Counted from the stretch's first letter, positions 8,827-17,716 are shown. The stretch is 64,000 bases of DNA from an uncultured delta proteobacterium (GCA_963842085.1 CAWJET010000001.1:1632001-1696000), one strand, 5' to 3'. Notes: generated by a model from the letters alone, not told the origin. Numbers and translations are program-made.

Positions 8827-10489
8827 AAGCAGAGACCAGGGAGACTAGGCGTCTGCCGCGGATATCGGCGCGGCTGAACTGAATGTCGATTCCGACTGCG
8901 CGCAGGTTGCTTGCCATGCGCCGCAGCGCGCTGCCGAGCGCACTCGGCGCCTTGGGCCAGCGCACCGAGCGGCGCACGCCTTCGCTCTTCATGCGGTTGA
9001 GCCGGTCATACAGTTCTGCGACTGTCCCGCTAAAGCCCTCGTTGGCCAGTTCGGCCACCGGTTCGTACAGCAGCGACGACTCAAGTGCCAGGTTGTGTGT
9101 CTCGGTGCGGTTGGACTGGTAGGCAGTCATGGCCTCGCCTGGTTTCATTCCGAGGCTCTCTTCGCACGCCTTTACCCAGAGCGCGAAGTCGGCCATCCGC
9201 GGCGGCTGCTCGAGCGTGACGTTGGGCAGATTCCCAAGTCCGGCCACAACGGCATCGAGCAGGGCGCCGAGGATCCGCGGCCTTACCTCTTCGAATTCGC
9301 GCCAGAACTGCGCCTCGTCGCGGCGCATCTCGGGCTTCATGTCGAGGAACTCCACGATCACCGCGCGATCCAGAAAATCGGGCCGCGCGGCACCCAGGTC
9401 GGGAATCGCATTGAACACAATGGGACGGGTAGCGTCGAAGGTCGCTTCGTCATGATCGCTATAGAGTTCCCGGCCACCGAAACCGCCGCCGGTGGCTAGT
9501 CGGCAAGCTGCGTCGGCGAGTTCCTCTGGCAGGTGGCTCAAGTTATCGAAGCATACGATCCACGAATTCCTTGCCGCCGCGGTCAGATCGCGAACTTCAC
9601 GGGGTACGCCCCGCAGTGCCCCGGTGCGCGGGTCGATCAGCGCGCTCATTATTCTGCACGCGGTCGTCTTGCCAGCTCCCTGCTCACCCTTGGCGACCAG
9701 GATAGGGCAGGGCACGCCCGGACGTAGCGCCGCGACCAGAAAGGCCTTGATCAGCGTCCAGCCCTGGTGGTCGACGTTCAGGAAGCGGCGCAGTTCGTCG
9801 AGACCGCCGCCCCGCTCGGGTGGGGGCAGCGGGCGCGAACCACGTGTCCGATGAAATCTCGGCGGCGGTCGGTCCACTATCCGCCAACCGTCGGCGTCGA
9901 TTTCGATCGCCCGCCAAGCGCGATCGCACAGGTCGAGATAGAGTTTCTGCCGATGATTCGCGACCCGGATATTGATGGGAGACTCCTCGCCGTCAAAAAG
10001 GGCCTTGGCCTCGAACAGGTCCAGCGCGGCGCGGATGGCTTGTGCGCCCGGGCTGTTGCCGGTCTCCCGGTAATAGGTTCGCAACAGGAAGAGTTGGAAC
10101 GGGCGGGAGCGGATCGGGTGATTCTCGAAGTGCCCATCGACCCGAACCGAAGCCCAGCCGTGCTGGTCGGGGTCGTGAAAGAACTCGATTCCAGAATCGA
10201 GCACAAGTCCAATCAGTCTGTCCGCAGCGGACCCGCCGTCGCCGCGCTCCAAGGGCAGCGGAGCGCCGAGCATATGCTCGATCAGGTCGGCTTTTTCGTA
10301 CTTCTCCAGAATCCTGCGCCAGTGTTGCCACGTGAGCGGATCCCCGCGCCTGACCGCTGCGAAGGAGAGTACCGCCTCGGTCGAGACCAGCCGCTCGGGC
10401 TCTTCTGCGACTAGCGGCTCAAGTTCGCGCAGGAACAACAGAGCCAGCTCGACCGCGATGGTGCGGGATGATTCGCCTGCCGCACTCAT
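8780..10489 (-). CDS. Phage/plasmid-type P-loop ATPase (putative replicative helicase)
   Basis: Walker A GEQGAGKTT, Walker B-like IVCFDNLS, LATGGGFGGRELYSD, PRMADF. ATG at 10489 abuts the HNH stop. Confidence 0.8.
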   Translation of the reverse strand: MSAAGESSRTIAVELALLFLRELEPLVAEEPERLVSTEAVLSFAAVRRGDPLTWQHWRRILEKYEKADLIEHMLGAPLPLERGDGGSAADRLIGLVLDSGIEFFHDPDQHGWASVRVDGHFENHPIRSRPFQLFLLRTYYRETGNSPGAQAIRAALDLFEAKALFDGEESPINIRVANHRQKLYLDLCDRAWRAIEIDADGWRIVDRPPPRFHRTRGSRPLPPPERGGGLDELRRFLNVDHQGWTLIKAFLVAALRPGVPCPILVAKGEQGAGKTTACRIMSALIDPRTGALRGVPREVRDLTAAARNSWIVCFDNLSHLPEELADAACRLATGGGFGGRELYSDHDEATFDATRPIVFNAIPDLGAARPDFLDRAVIVEFLDMKPEMRRDEAQFWREFEEVRPRILGALLDAVVAGLGNLPNVTLEQPPRMADFALWVKACEESLGMKPGEAMTAYQSNRTETHNLALESSLLYEPVAELANEGFSGTVAELYDRLNRMKSEGVRRSVRWPKAPSALGSALRRMASNLRAVGIDIQFSRADIRGRRLVSLVSASEPRKRPSVAVSDRH

Positions 10490-10491
10490 CT

Positions 10492-10989
10492 CTAGAATCT
10501 GGGAACCAGCTTTCTGGACTTGGCCCGGTTGCAGCGTCGGCACAGGGTTTGAAGATTCGATTCTTCGGTCTTGCCGCCCTTGCTGACCGGGACAATGTGA
10601 TCCATTTCCAGCAGGATCGCCCTCCGGCACTTTCGACATCGCCCGCCGTCGCGCACCAGCACTGTCGCCCGCATGCTGTCCGGTACGCGACGGTTCGCCA
10701 CGCGGTCCTGCCAGCTCGGCCTTTCCACCGCATCGAAGTCGACGAAGTCTGCGAACGCGCTCAAATCTAAAGGCTCGGTGGCGCCGATCAGACACTCCAA
10801 CTTTACGGGATTGTTGGGCAGGAGATTGTTCATGCGCGCCGAGAGCAGCAGCAGACAGATCAGGTGAGCCTTGCGGGCGTCGGGAAGCTGACGGAAACGG
10901 ACGTCGTTCAACAGATCGTAGGGCAGCCTGATCTCTCTGCGGGTGCGCTCGAACTGGCGGAAATTGTGAAAGCCGAAGAATTCCTGCAT
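10492..10989 (-). CDS. HNH endonuclease with an N-terminal phage replication-initiator-like helical domain
   Basis: VLVRDGGRCRKC...EMDHIVPVSKGG...NLQTLCRRCNRAK; N-terminus IRLPYDLLNDVRFRQLPDARKAHLICLLLL. Confidence 0.88.
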   Translation of the reverse strand: MQEFFGFHNFRQFERTRREIRLPYDLLNDVRFRQLPDARKAHLICLLLLSARMNNLLPNNPVKLECLIGATEPLDLSAFADFVDFDAVERPSWQDRVANRRVPDSMRATVLVRDGGRCRKCRRAILLEMDHIVPVSKGGKTEESNLQTLCRRCNRAKSRKLVPRF

Positions 10990-10996
10990 GACTGGT

Positions 10997-11875
10997 CTAT
11001 TGCTGGTTGGCCTCGATGAAGTTGATCTTTACGACCGCGACCGGCGGTTTTCGGTAGGGTTCGAGGTTGACGCCGCGGAGCTCCGGCACAGCAGCGTAAT
11101 CGACCGCGCCCTTGCGCGAGCTCTTCAGGACTTCGACGCCACAGCCATAAGTCCGCCGCGCCGTCGCCATGCACCGGAGCATTGCGCGCAGTCTTTGCTC
11201 CTCGGCTGCTGCGTTCTCCAGCCGGAGCCTGACTTCACGGTAACGCAGCGCGGCGTGACGCCATTTTGGCTCCGCGCTCAGATCCAGTTCCTCGTTGGCC
11301 AATTCGGGCCAGCGGTTTTCCTGCACCAGCTGCCAGAACGCGGCCTCTGCCTCTACCAGACGCTTCGCGTATTCCCGGTCGGGGCGTATTTCGACCAAGA
11401 CTCCGTCGGTCCCGTGGAAGGACCAGTAATGCGCCTGCTCTGCTCCGGAGACCTTCAGTTGATGCTGTAGTTGCGCATAGTACTGGGAGGGGATGCGACC
11501 TTGCTGTGCTGATAAACGATCTCCGAATCTGAGCGGGCACTTAATCTCCAGCAGTATGGAACCGTCGAAGCTGAGACCATCCAACGACGCCCGCATCCAC
11601 TCGAACTCCCCGTGGACCAGACACAGTGGCTCCATCTGGATTCCTGTTTGTCGCTCGTACGCCTTACGCGCGAAGCGCTCCATTTCGCGACCGCGTCGCG
11701 CTGCTGGACCCGCCGCAGCTTCCTGCATCAGCCCGGTTTTTATCGACCACAGCATTCTCGGGGTCTTGAACGCAGTCTCGCCCATGATCACCGGAGCGTC
11801 GCTGGCTCCAATCCCCTGCGTGCGCCAACGATGCCACTCGGGGGTGTTCTGATGCAGCGGCTCAATCCGGGGCAT
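10997..11875 (-). CDS. YqaJ-like viral recombinase / lambda exonuclease family
   Basis: QNTPEWHRWRTQGIGASDA, ASLDG, LEIKCP, YYAQLQHQL. Confidence 0.93.
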   Translation of the reverse strand: MPRIEPLHQNTPEWHRWRTQGIGASDAPVIMGETAFKTPRMLWSIKTGLMQEAAAGPAARRGREMERFARKAYERQTGIQMEPLCLVHGEFEWMRASLDGLSFDGSILLEIKCPLRFGDRLSAQQGRIPSQYYAQLQHQLKVSGAEQAHYWSFHGTDGVLVEIRPDREYAKRLVEAEAAFWQLVQENRWPELANEELDLSAEPKWRHAALRYREVRLRLENAAAEEQRLRAMLRCMATARRTYGCGVEVLKSSRKGAVDYAAVPELRGVNLEPYRKPPVAVVKINFIEANQQ

Positions 11876-12971
11876 GAACCGTCTCCTGATTGCCGCGTTT
11901 GGCCAGTTTGCGATTGAGCACTTCGACCGCGCGCCGGTAGGTCGTTTCGGTCATTTCGCCCAGTGAAGCGACCTTGTAGTAGGCCAGCACCCGTTCGAGA
12001 TCAGTATTGGTGTCGTTGATCAGTTGCTCGAGTTCGCGAACCTCTTCGGCATTGATCGGGCGAGGGGAATTGGGCGTGGCGCAGCGACCATCCGCCCGTT
12101 CGTCTTCCGGGTCGTCGCCGGTGGCCAACAGAAACGATTGCAGCAGCGCGTACTTCAACGCCCCAGTCATCGCCTTGTAGGGCGCCTTGTCGCCCGGATC
12201 GAGTCCCTGGCCCGCGACCTTGGCGATCACTTCTTCGCCGCTGTCGACGTCGGCGAAGGTGTAGGCCATCACGACCCGCGCCATACGCGTGGTCTCGCCG
12301 CGACCCGTCGCCGACTCGTATTCGATATTCTCGAGGCACGGGATCACGACCACGCCCAGCTCGGAGAGGAGGTCGCCGACCGAGCCGGCGATGTCGGCGG
12401 CGGTAACGTAACTGTAGTTGAAACGCTCGTTGTGACCGCGCTTCTGGACGTAGCCGATGCGGCGGCGAACTTCGGCGAGCTTCTGCCGGAGGTTCAGCCG
12501 CACCGGATCTTCGGGAGCGGCGCCGTTGAAAGTCGAGGCGCTCGTCTCGACGGCAGCGGGTGCTTCCGCCGGGCGCGCGTCGGGCTTTGCAGTCACGACC
12601 TGCAACGCTTGCTGCTTACTCCTGCTGCTTCGATTCTTTTTCAAGAGCCGCTTGGCGCCGCTTCTTTTTCCGTTCGCCTGCCCTTCCTTCAGCGAAGCCT
12701 CGAGCAGCACCTCGAGCTCGGTCTTCTCCCGCTCCGCCAGATGCTCGACCGCGATCGGCTTCGTCTCGCCCTTGTCCGCTAGCTGATAGACCTTTCCTTC
12801 TTCGTCCACGTAAATTCCCTCCTGTTGATTGATGCTCGTTACCGGTCGGCCGAGCAGTATATGGACTTCTTCGTGGTTTGCTGTACTGACCGGAAACCAC
12901 TTTTTTGGTTCGGTTCCGCTTTCGAGGAGCACACAAAGAAATCGGTCGCGATAGTCCAAGCTAGCCTTCAT
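11862..12971 (-). CDS. ERF-family single-strand annealing protein with a ~150-aa N-terminal extension
   Basis: VQKRGHNERFNYSY, GQGLDPGDKAPYKAMTGALKYALLQSFLLATGDDPE (ERF signature). Confidence 0.92.
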   Translation of the reverse strand: MKASLDYRDRFLCVLLESGTEPKKWFPVSTANHEEVHILLGRPVTSINQQEGIYVDEEGKVYQLADKGETKPIAVEHLAEREKTELEVLLEASLKEGQANGKRSGAKRLLKKNRSSRSKQQALQVVTAKPDARPAEAPAAVETSASTFNGAAPEDPVRLNLRQKLAEVRRRIGYVQKRGHNERFNYSYVTAADIAGSVGDLLSELGVVVIPCLENIEYESATGRGETTRMARVVMAYTFADVDSGEEVIAKVAGQGLDPGDKAPYKAMTGALKYALLQSFLLATGDDPEDERADGRCATPNSPRPINAEEVRELEQLINDTNTDLERVLAYYKVASLGEMTETTYRRAVEVLNRKLAKRGNQETVHAPD

Positions 12972-13076
12972 TTCGCCTCCGGCGTGATGCGCCTTCTTCC
13001 TCGACGATTGGCGTCGTTTCCGAATCCTGTTCTTACGCTCTGCTATATTACTAGAAGGTACACTACGAAGGAATAC

Positions 13077-13670
13077 CTAAAAGGAATATGGTGCAACGAA
13101 GATCGGCGGAGGGGAGAACGTGGCCAAGGTCAGGCTGTGGGGTTTCCGTTGCGAGCGGTGCGGGCACAAATGGTTGCCGCGAGAAACCGGCAAAGAACCG
13201 CGAGTTTGTCCCCGCTGTAAATCTCCGTACTGGAACCGGCCCAGGAGGAATCCGAAACCGGCCGGCAGATGATACTCTGTTGGATGAACAACGGTCACTG
13301 CGCTTCGGCCGTTGTTTCGCATCTCCCGATGCGCCCCCCTCGAATCTGCGTTTGGTTCGTGCTCCTTCCCGCCTTTCAACGAAGCCTCCAGTAGCACCTC
13401 GAGTTCGGTTTTCTCCCTCCCCGGAAGATGCTCGACCGCTATTGGCTTCGTCTCGCCCTTGTCCGCCAGCTGAAAACCGTTCCCTTCTTCGTCCACGTAA
13501 ATTCCCTCCTGCAGATTGACGCTCGTGACCGGTCGGCCGTGGAGCGTTTGGGCTTCGGCGTAGTCCGCCTTGCGGACCGGAAGCCACTTCGGCGGCGCCC
13601 CGGTCGTACCGTCCTTTTCTTCGACGACATAGAGAAAATCGTCCCTGTACTCGAGGGTTGTCTTCATCAT
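13077..13670 (-). CDS. Hypothetical protein, paralog of the ERF N-terminal extension
   Basis: First ~100 aa align with ERF residues 1-97 (GRPVTSxNxQEGIYVDEEG..QLADKGETKPIAVEHL..REKTELEVLLEASLK). GGAGG RBS. The 3' part overlaps the Zn-ribbon gene in antisense. Confidence 0.75.
   Translation of the reverse strand: MMKTTLEYRDDFLYVVEEKDGTTGAPPKWLPVRKADYAEAQTLHGRPVTSVNLQEGIYVDEEGNGFQLADKGETKPIAVEHLPGREKTELEVLLEASLKGGKEHEPNADSRGAHREMRNNGRSAVTVVHPTEYHLPAGFGFLLGRFQYGDLQRGQTRGSLPVSRGNHLCPHRSQRKPHSLTLATFSPPPIFVAPYSF
13120..13272 (+). CDS. 50-aa zinc-ribbon protein (missing from the ORF track)
   Basis: GTG start after GGAG; MAKVRLWGFRCERCGHKWLPRETGKEPRVCPRCKSPYWNRPRRNPKPAGR, with two CxxC motifs. Confidence 0.8.
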   Translation: MAKVRLWGFRCERCGHKWLPRETGKEPRVCPRCKSPYWNRPRRNPKPAGR

Positions 13671-14054
13671 GCTGCCTCCATTGCGAATTTATTGAACGCT
13701 GGCTGTTCTCGGCGGCGCCAACTCTAATTACTCAAAGTTCAGCTGAGTTTCTCGTGGCTCTTCTTTAGTCTTGTCTGAACCATCGCACCGATTTGCGCCG
13801 GGTAATGTTAAATATATAGGACATTCGGCTTTGAATCAAGTGGCGATTTACGGTAGATTTCATGAATGAATTTGGGTATGAGCAACTGTGGCGCACGCCA
13901 CGGCGATATTAATTGTCCTATGTATGCTACTATTTCAGTTTCTGGAAGTTCAAAGCAGCATTTGAGTATCATCGAAGTGATGCCTAAACTGCCCTCCATG
14001 GGTCGGAAGAAAATCTCTGCTCGACCTACAGGTAAACGGGCGGAGAAGCCCAAT

Positions 14055-14264
14055 ATGGTGGCTGCCGCTGTCGAGCTCGCTGGCGGCGCGGCCGCAGTGG
14101 GTAAGCTATGCGGAGTTCGCCGGCAGTCCGTCTATTGGTGGATTAAAGAATGGAAGGTGGAGAGGCTGGTCGATGCCCTGAAGCTATCGCGTGCTTCAGG
14201 AATCCCAGTTGAAAAGTTTGCTGGCGAGATCGTCGACGCGGAACAGCTCAAGGAAATAAAATGA
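14055..14264 (+). CDS. Cro/YdaS-like HTH transcriptional regulator
   Basis: AVELAGGAAAVGKLCGVRRQSVYWW...LSRASGIPVEKF. Alternative starts at 13980 and 13998. Confidence 0.8.
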   Translation: MVAAAVELAGGAAAVGKLCGVRRQSVYWWIKEWKVERLVDALKLSRASGIPVEKFAGEIVDAEQLKEIK

Positions 14265-14394
14265 CCATTGCCCGCCGATTCCTCGCCAGGTCACTTTGCT
14301 GACAAGCGTTCCAGGACCTTCGGTCGCAACTGTTACGTATATCCGTGTAGTAACACGTCGTGGTCGCGTGCGGTTGTGGATCTAGAGGCCTTAG

Positions 14395-15571
14395 GGAACC
14401 TCTGCACAGGTCGTCATACAGCGGCAGTTCGATATAGTAATGAGAGCTAAGAGCAGGAACGGCAGCAGCGCGTTGGGGTTGATCGTTGCTGGGAAGCGAT
14501 TAGGAGCATTGGGGAGCTGCTCGATCTTCTTCACAACCCGCAACTGGTCCCGACCGGGATCAACCGATACCGGACCCGGTAGAGATTGGCCAGCGCGAAC
14601 ATGGTCTGCGCCCGAGCCAGATTCTTGGCCAGCCCGCGATATCTCACCTTGCTGAAGCCCCACAACTGCTTGAGCACGCGGAAGGCATGCTCGCCGCAAG
14701 CGCGGGTGCGCGAACGCACCCGGTTGATCATCCGCCAGCGCTCGCTCAACGGGTGCCGGGGGGTAGGACGGCGATTGATCCGATAATGTATTCCCCGCGA
14801 CTCAAGGAACCTGCGGTCGTCTTCTTTCCAATACGCCTGGTCGCCGAACACCTCGCTTTCGTACCCGTGCAGCAGCTCCGGCAGCTGGGTGACATCGGCG
14901 ACCGCGGCGTCGGTCGCTCTTACGCTGTGGACGATGCCGCGCTTGTCTGCACCGATGTGCAGTTTCATCCCGAAGTGCCAGTTCCTGCCCTTGCGAGTCT
15001 GCTTCATCTCAGGGTCGCGCGTCCCACTGGCGTTCTTGGTGGGAACTGGGCGCTGCGATGATGGTCGCGTCCACAATCGTTCCCGAGCGCAGCAACAGGC
15101 CGCGGGCCTCGAGCAGGCCGCCGATCGCGTCGAAGATCGCTTTGGTAAGGTCGTGCCTTTCCAGCAGATGGCGAAAGCGCAGAATGGTGGTCTCATCCGG
15201 CACCACGTCGTCGCCCAGCTCCACCCGCGCAAACCGGCGCATCGACTCGCTGTCGTAGATCGCGTCCTCGGCCTGCGGGTCGGAGAGATTGAACCACTGC
15301 TGCAGGAAGTAGATGCGCAGCATCTTCTCCAGCCCCAGCGGCTGGCGGCCGTTGCCCGCTGTGGGATAGTGCGGCTCGATCAGCCGCAGCAGCCGCGCCC
15401 AAGGGATCACCGCGTCCATCTCGGCCAGAAACCGCTCGCGCCGGGTCACCTTGCCCTTCGCACTCCACGCCACCGAAGCAAACGTCTGCTGGCTACCCAT
15501 CACCGCACCTCCGCATCCGTCGATCGTCTGGTTCCTTTGTACACCAATCGATCAACTTGTGCAGAGGTTCC
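14395..15571 (-). mobile_element. IS5-family (IS5 subgroup) insertion sequence, 1177 bp
   Basis: 14-bp perfect TIR GGAACCTCTGCACA; TTAG duplicated at 14391-14394 and 15572-15575. Confidence 0.95.
14531..15503 (-). pseudogene. IS5 transposase split by a 1-nt insertion
   Basis: TRRERFLAEMDAVIPW...VDATIIAAPSS / TKNASGTRDPEM...HFGMKLHIG...VRYRGLAKN. Extra C in TCCCACC near 15040. Confidence 0.9.
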
Positions 15572-15658
15572 TTAGCGGCGAGTCCTTTCCATGTAAGGGT
15601 TCGGGCAAAAGCGATTGCCAGGCGCACGGCGGTGGTCCATCGCCGCTCGTGCGGAACG

Positions 15659-15757
15659 TTAAGAGCGCCCTCGAGGAGCATCCGATCTTCCCTTGCGCTC
15701 GAAAATGACTTCCAGATAGTCGCCTTCGGCGTCGCATCAGACCTTTACGTCTTTGCG
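15659..15757 (-). pseudogene. DUF2283-like fragment
   Basis: KDVKV*CDAEGDYLEVIFERK resembles KVWYDxEGDYLEV, with Trp changed to a stop. Confidence 0.55.
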
Positions 15758-15773
15758 CTAGATACCAGCCTCT

Positions 15774-16079
15774 TCAGGATTTCGCTCGTAGCCGGCGCTT
15801 CCAATAATCCGGCCGGCGGCGCAGGTGCATGACGGCGATCACAGACAGTTCCTCCGGACCGGACTGATACAAAATCGCAAACGGGAAGCGCTGGACGAGC
15901 CGGCGCCGGATCGTTCCCGTAAACAAGCTCCCGGCTTCGGGATTGGCGACGATCTGCGCCAACGTGTGCTCCACTTGCCGGATGAAATCCCCACCCAGGC
16001 CGCTGGCGCGCGCTTCGTAAAATTTGGTTGATTCGATGAGTTCACGTTCGCACAAGGGGTGAAAAACGACCCTGGTCAC
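15774..16079 (-). CDS. RelE/ParE-family toxin
   Basis: VFHPLCERELIES..FYE...RRRLVQRFPFAILY...VIAVMHLRRRPDYW; GTGA overlap with the antitoxin. Confidence 0.9.
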   Translation of the reverse strand: MTRVVFHPLCERELIESTKFYEARASGLGGDFIRQVEHTLAQIVANPEAGSLFTGTIRRRLVQRFPFAILYQSGPEELSVIAVMHLRRRPDYWKRRLRAKS

Positions 16080-16309
16080 CGAAGCGCCGCACGCGCCTTC
16101 CTGAGCGCTTTCTCGGCAGGAATTCCCTTGAGCCTGCCGCTGGCGATCTCTTCCGCGCGCCGCTCTGCCTCGGCAGCCCATAATCTTTCGGCATCCGGCT
16201 CGGCAGGTTCCTCCTCCAGGCTTGCGAGCAATCGTTCGGCCAGCCGCGCGCGCGAACGAGCGGGAAGCCTCATGGCCTGATCTTCAAGCTTCTTGAGTAC
16301 AGCGGGCAT
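16076..16309 (-). CDS. Putative addiction module antitoxin (TIGR02574-like)
   Basis: LPARSRARLAERLLASL...WAAEAERRAEEIASG...IPAE. Confidence 0.9.
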   Translation of the reverse strand: MPAVLKKLEDQAMRLPARSRARLAERLLASLEEEPAEPDAERLWAAEAERRAEEIASGRLKGIPAEKALRKARAALR

Positions 16310-16686
16310 GGTTCACCTCCTCGTTAATTGTTCGGGTTGATCATACCAGGCTTCGATGCGGCTGCCGCACATCGAACCCCATCTTGCAACTGCTTGCCGG
16401 ACCGCCTTACCGGCGGTTCGCTCGCCATATTCATGCTGACGTTTTTCGCAACCTTCTTGGAGAGGTCGCGCGTCCGCATGATCTCCGCGCGAATCTCGCC
16501 GGCCGAGACCCCCCCATGCCGCTGGCGGGCCGCGCCGAGCCATGTCGGCGCGGTGCAGGTCGCCGCCATAACGTGGATCAACCGGCCGACTCCGAACAGC
16601 CCTCAGCAAACCTCGCGCGCGGCCGCATGCCGAGAATTGATTTGTTGGAGAATGGCGCACGATCACAACTTGATTTCAGCAGCCAA

Positions 16687-17361
16687 CTATATTCTTCCCC
16701 CTCGCCAAATCACCTTACCCACCAAGATTCGATCAACCTCCGTCGCCTCCAGTTCCTCCGAAATTCCCGAACCGGTAACCACGAAACCCCGCTTGAGCCC
16801 AACTTGAACGCGTCTTATGGCCAGCCCCGTCGGTGCGGAAAATACATACAACCCCTCACCACGCGGCAATCTCTTGCCCGCGGACCGGTCCACCAATAAC
16901 AAATCCTGCGTTCTGATTTCGGTTGGAAGATCTCGGTCGGCCTCCAAAAGGAAGAGCTGCTCGGGTTCGCGGATACCGAGCGCCCGTTCGAGCCACGAGC
17001 GGCTGAACGGAAGAAGTGCGCGAATCTGCTCCATGTGCAGCGCCGCATGGATGTCGCGCAGTTCGACCATGGCCACATCGGCGAACGTCGCGCCCGGCGG
17101 CTGTCCGGCGGCTCTCATTTCACCCTGGCCCGTTGCCAGCCAGTCGACCGACACGTTGGCGGCGCGCGCGAGCTTAATCAGAATGTCGCTCCGCGGAGGA
17201 AGTTCTTGACGCGCATATTGCTGCAGGGTTGACTCCGGAACCCCCGAGGCCTTGGCTAGCCGGTACCGGCTGCCGAACTCCTTGACGAGCAGCGCGAAAC
17301 GAGCGGCAAACGAGCCGCGCTTTTGTTTGCCCCGACTACGACGTCGGCCGTTGTTTGACAT
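16687..17361 (-). CDS. CI-like repressor (XRE HTH plus degenerate S24 domain)
   Basis: LAKASGVPESTLQQY...LARAANVSVDWLATGQGEM; C-terminus DLLLVDR..GLYVF..VGKVIW. Confidence 0.85.
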   Translation of the reverse strand: MSNNGRRRSRGKQKRGSFAARFALLVKEFGSRYRLAKASGVPESTLQQYARQELPPRSDILIKLARAANVSVDWLATGQGEMRAAGQPPGATFADVAMVELRDIHAALHMEQIRALLPFSRSWLERALGIREPEQLFLLEADRDLPTEIRTQDLLLVDRSAGKRLPRGEGLYVFSAPTGLAIRRVQVGLKRGFVVTGSGISEELEATEVDRILVGKVIWRGGRI

Positions 17362-17393
17362 AGCTACGATATCCGTGGTACTTTGAGTAAAGA

Positions 17394-17612
17394 ATGGCCC
17401 GACTCTTCAAATCGCTGCAAAAGACTTCAAGGGAGGCAACGCAAGTGGCAACGCTACGACAAATTGGAAAGACCCGCAATCCGGCGAATTTCGAAAAGGT
17501 CGCAGAGAAGCTTCAGGCTGCCGTCATCGACGCGGTTGCCATTTTGCGCGCGGCCCTGTTCGACGGTTTGCCGTTGACACCGATCCACGCCGCCGTGACC
17601 GTCCGTCTTTAG
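17394..17612 (+). CDS. Hypothetical protein divergent from the CI-like gene
   Basis: ORF only; no recognisable motif. Confidence 0.3.
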   Translation: MARLFKSLQKTSREATQVATLRQIGKTRNPANFEKVAEKLQAAVIDAVAILRAALFDGLPLTPIHAAVTVRL

Positions 17613-17716
17613 AGTCTCGTTGCGGCACTGGACCTGAAGCCATCAGGCGGAAAGTCGGCTGCCGACGAAAGGCCCGATTCTGTCATCGATGAACACCGCA
17701 GAGAAGGTACCGACCC

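Noticed and set aside
10490-10795. N-terminal extension of the 671-aa ATPase ORF
   Set aside because: It overlaps the HNH gene in another frame. The ATG at 10489 is coupled to the HNH stop.
16313-16666. ORFs between the antitoxin and the repressor
   Set aside because: No recognisable domain; likely a decayed fragment.
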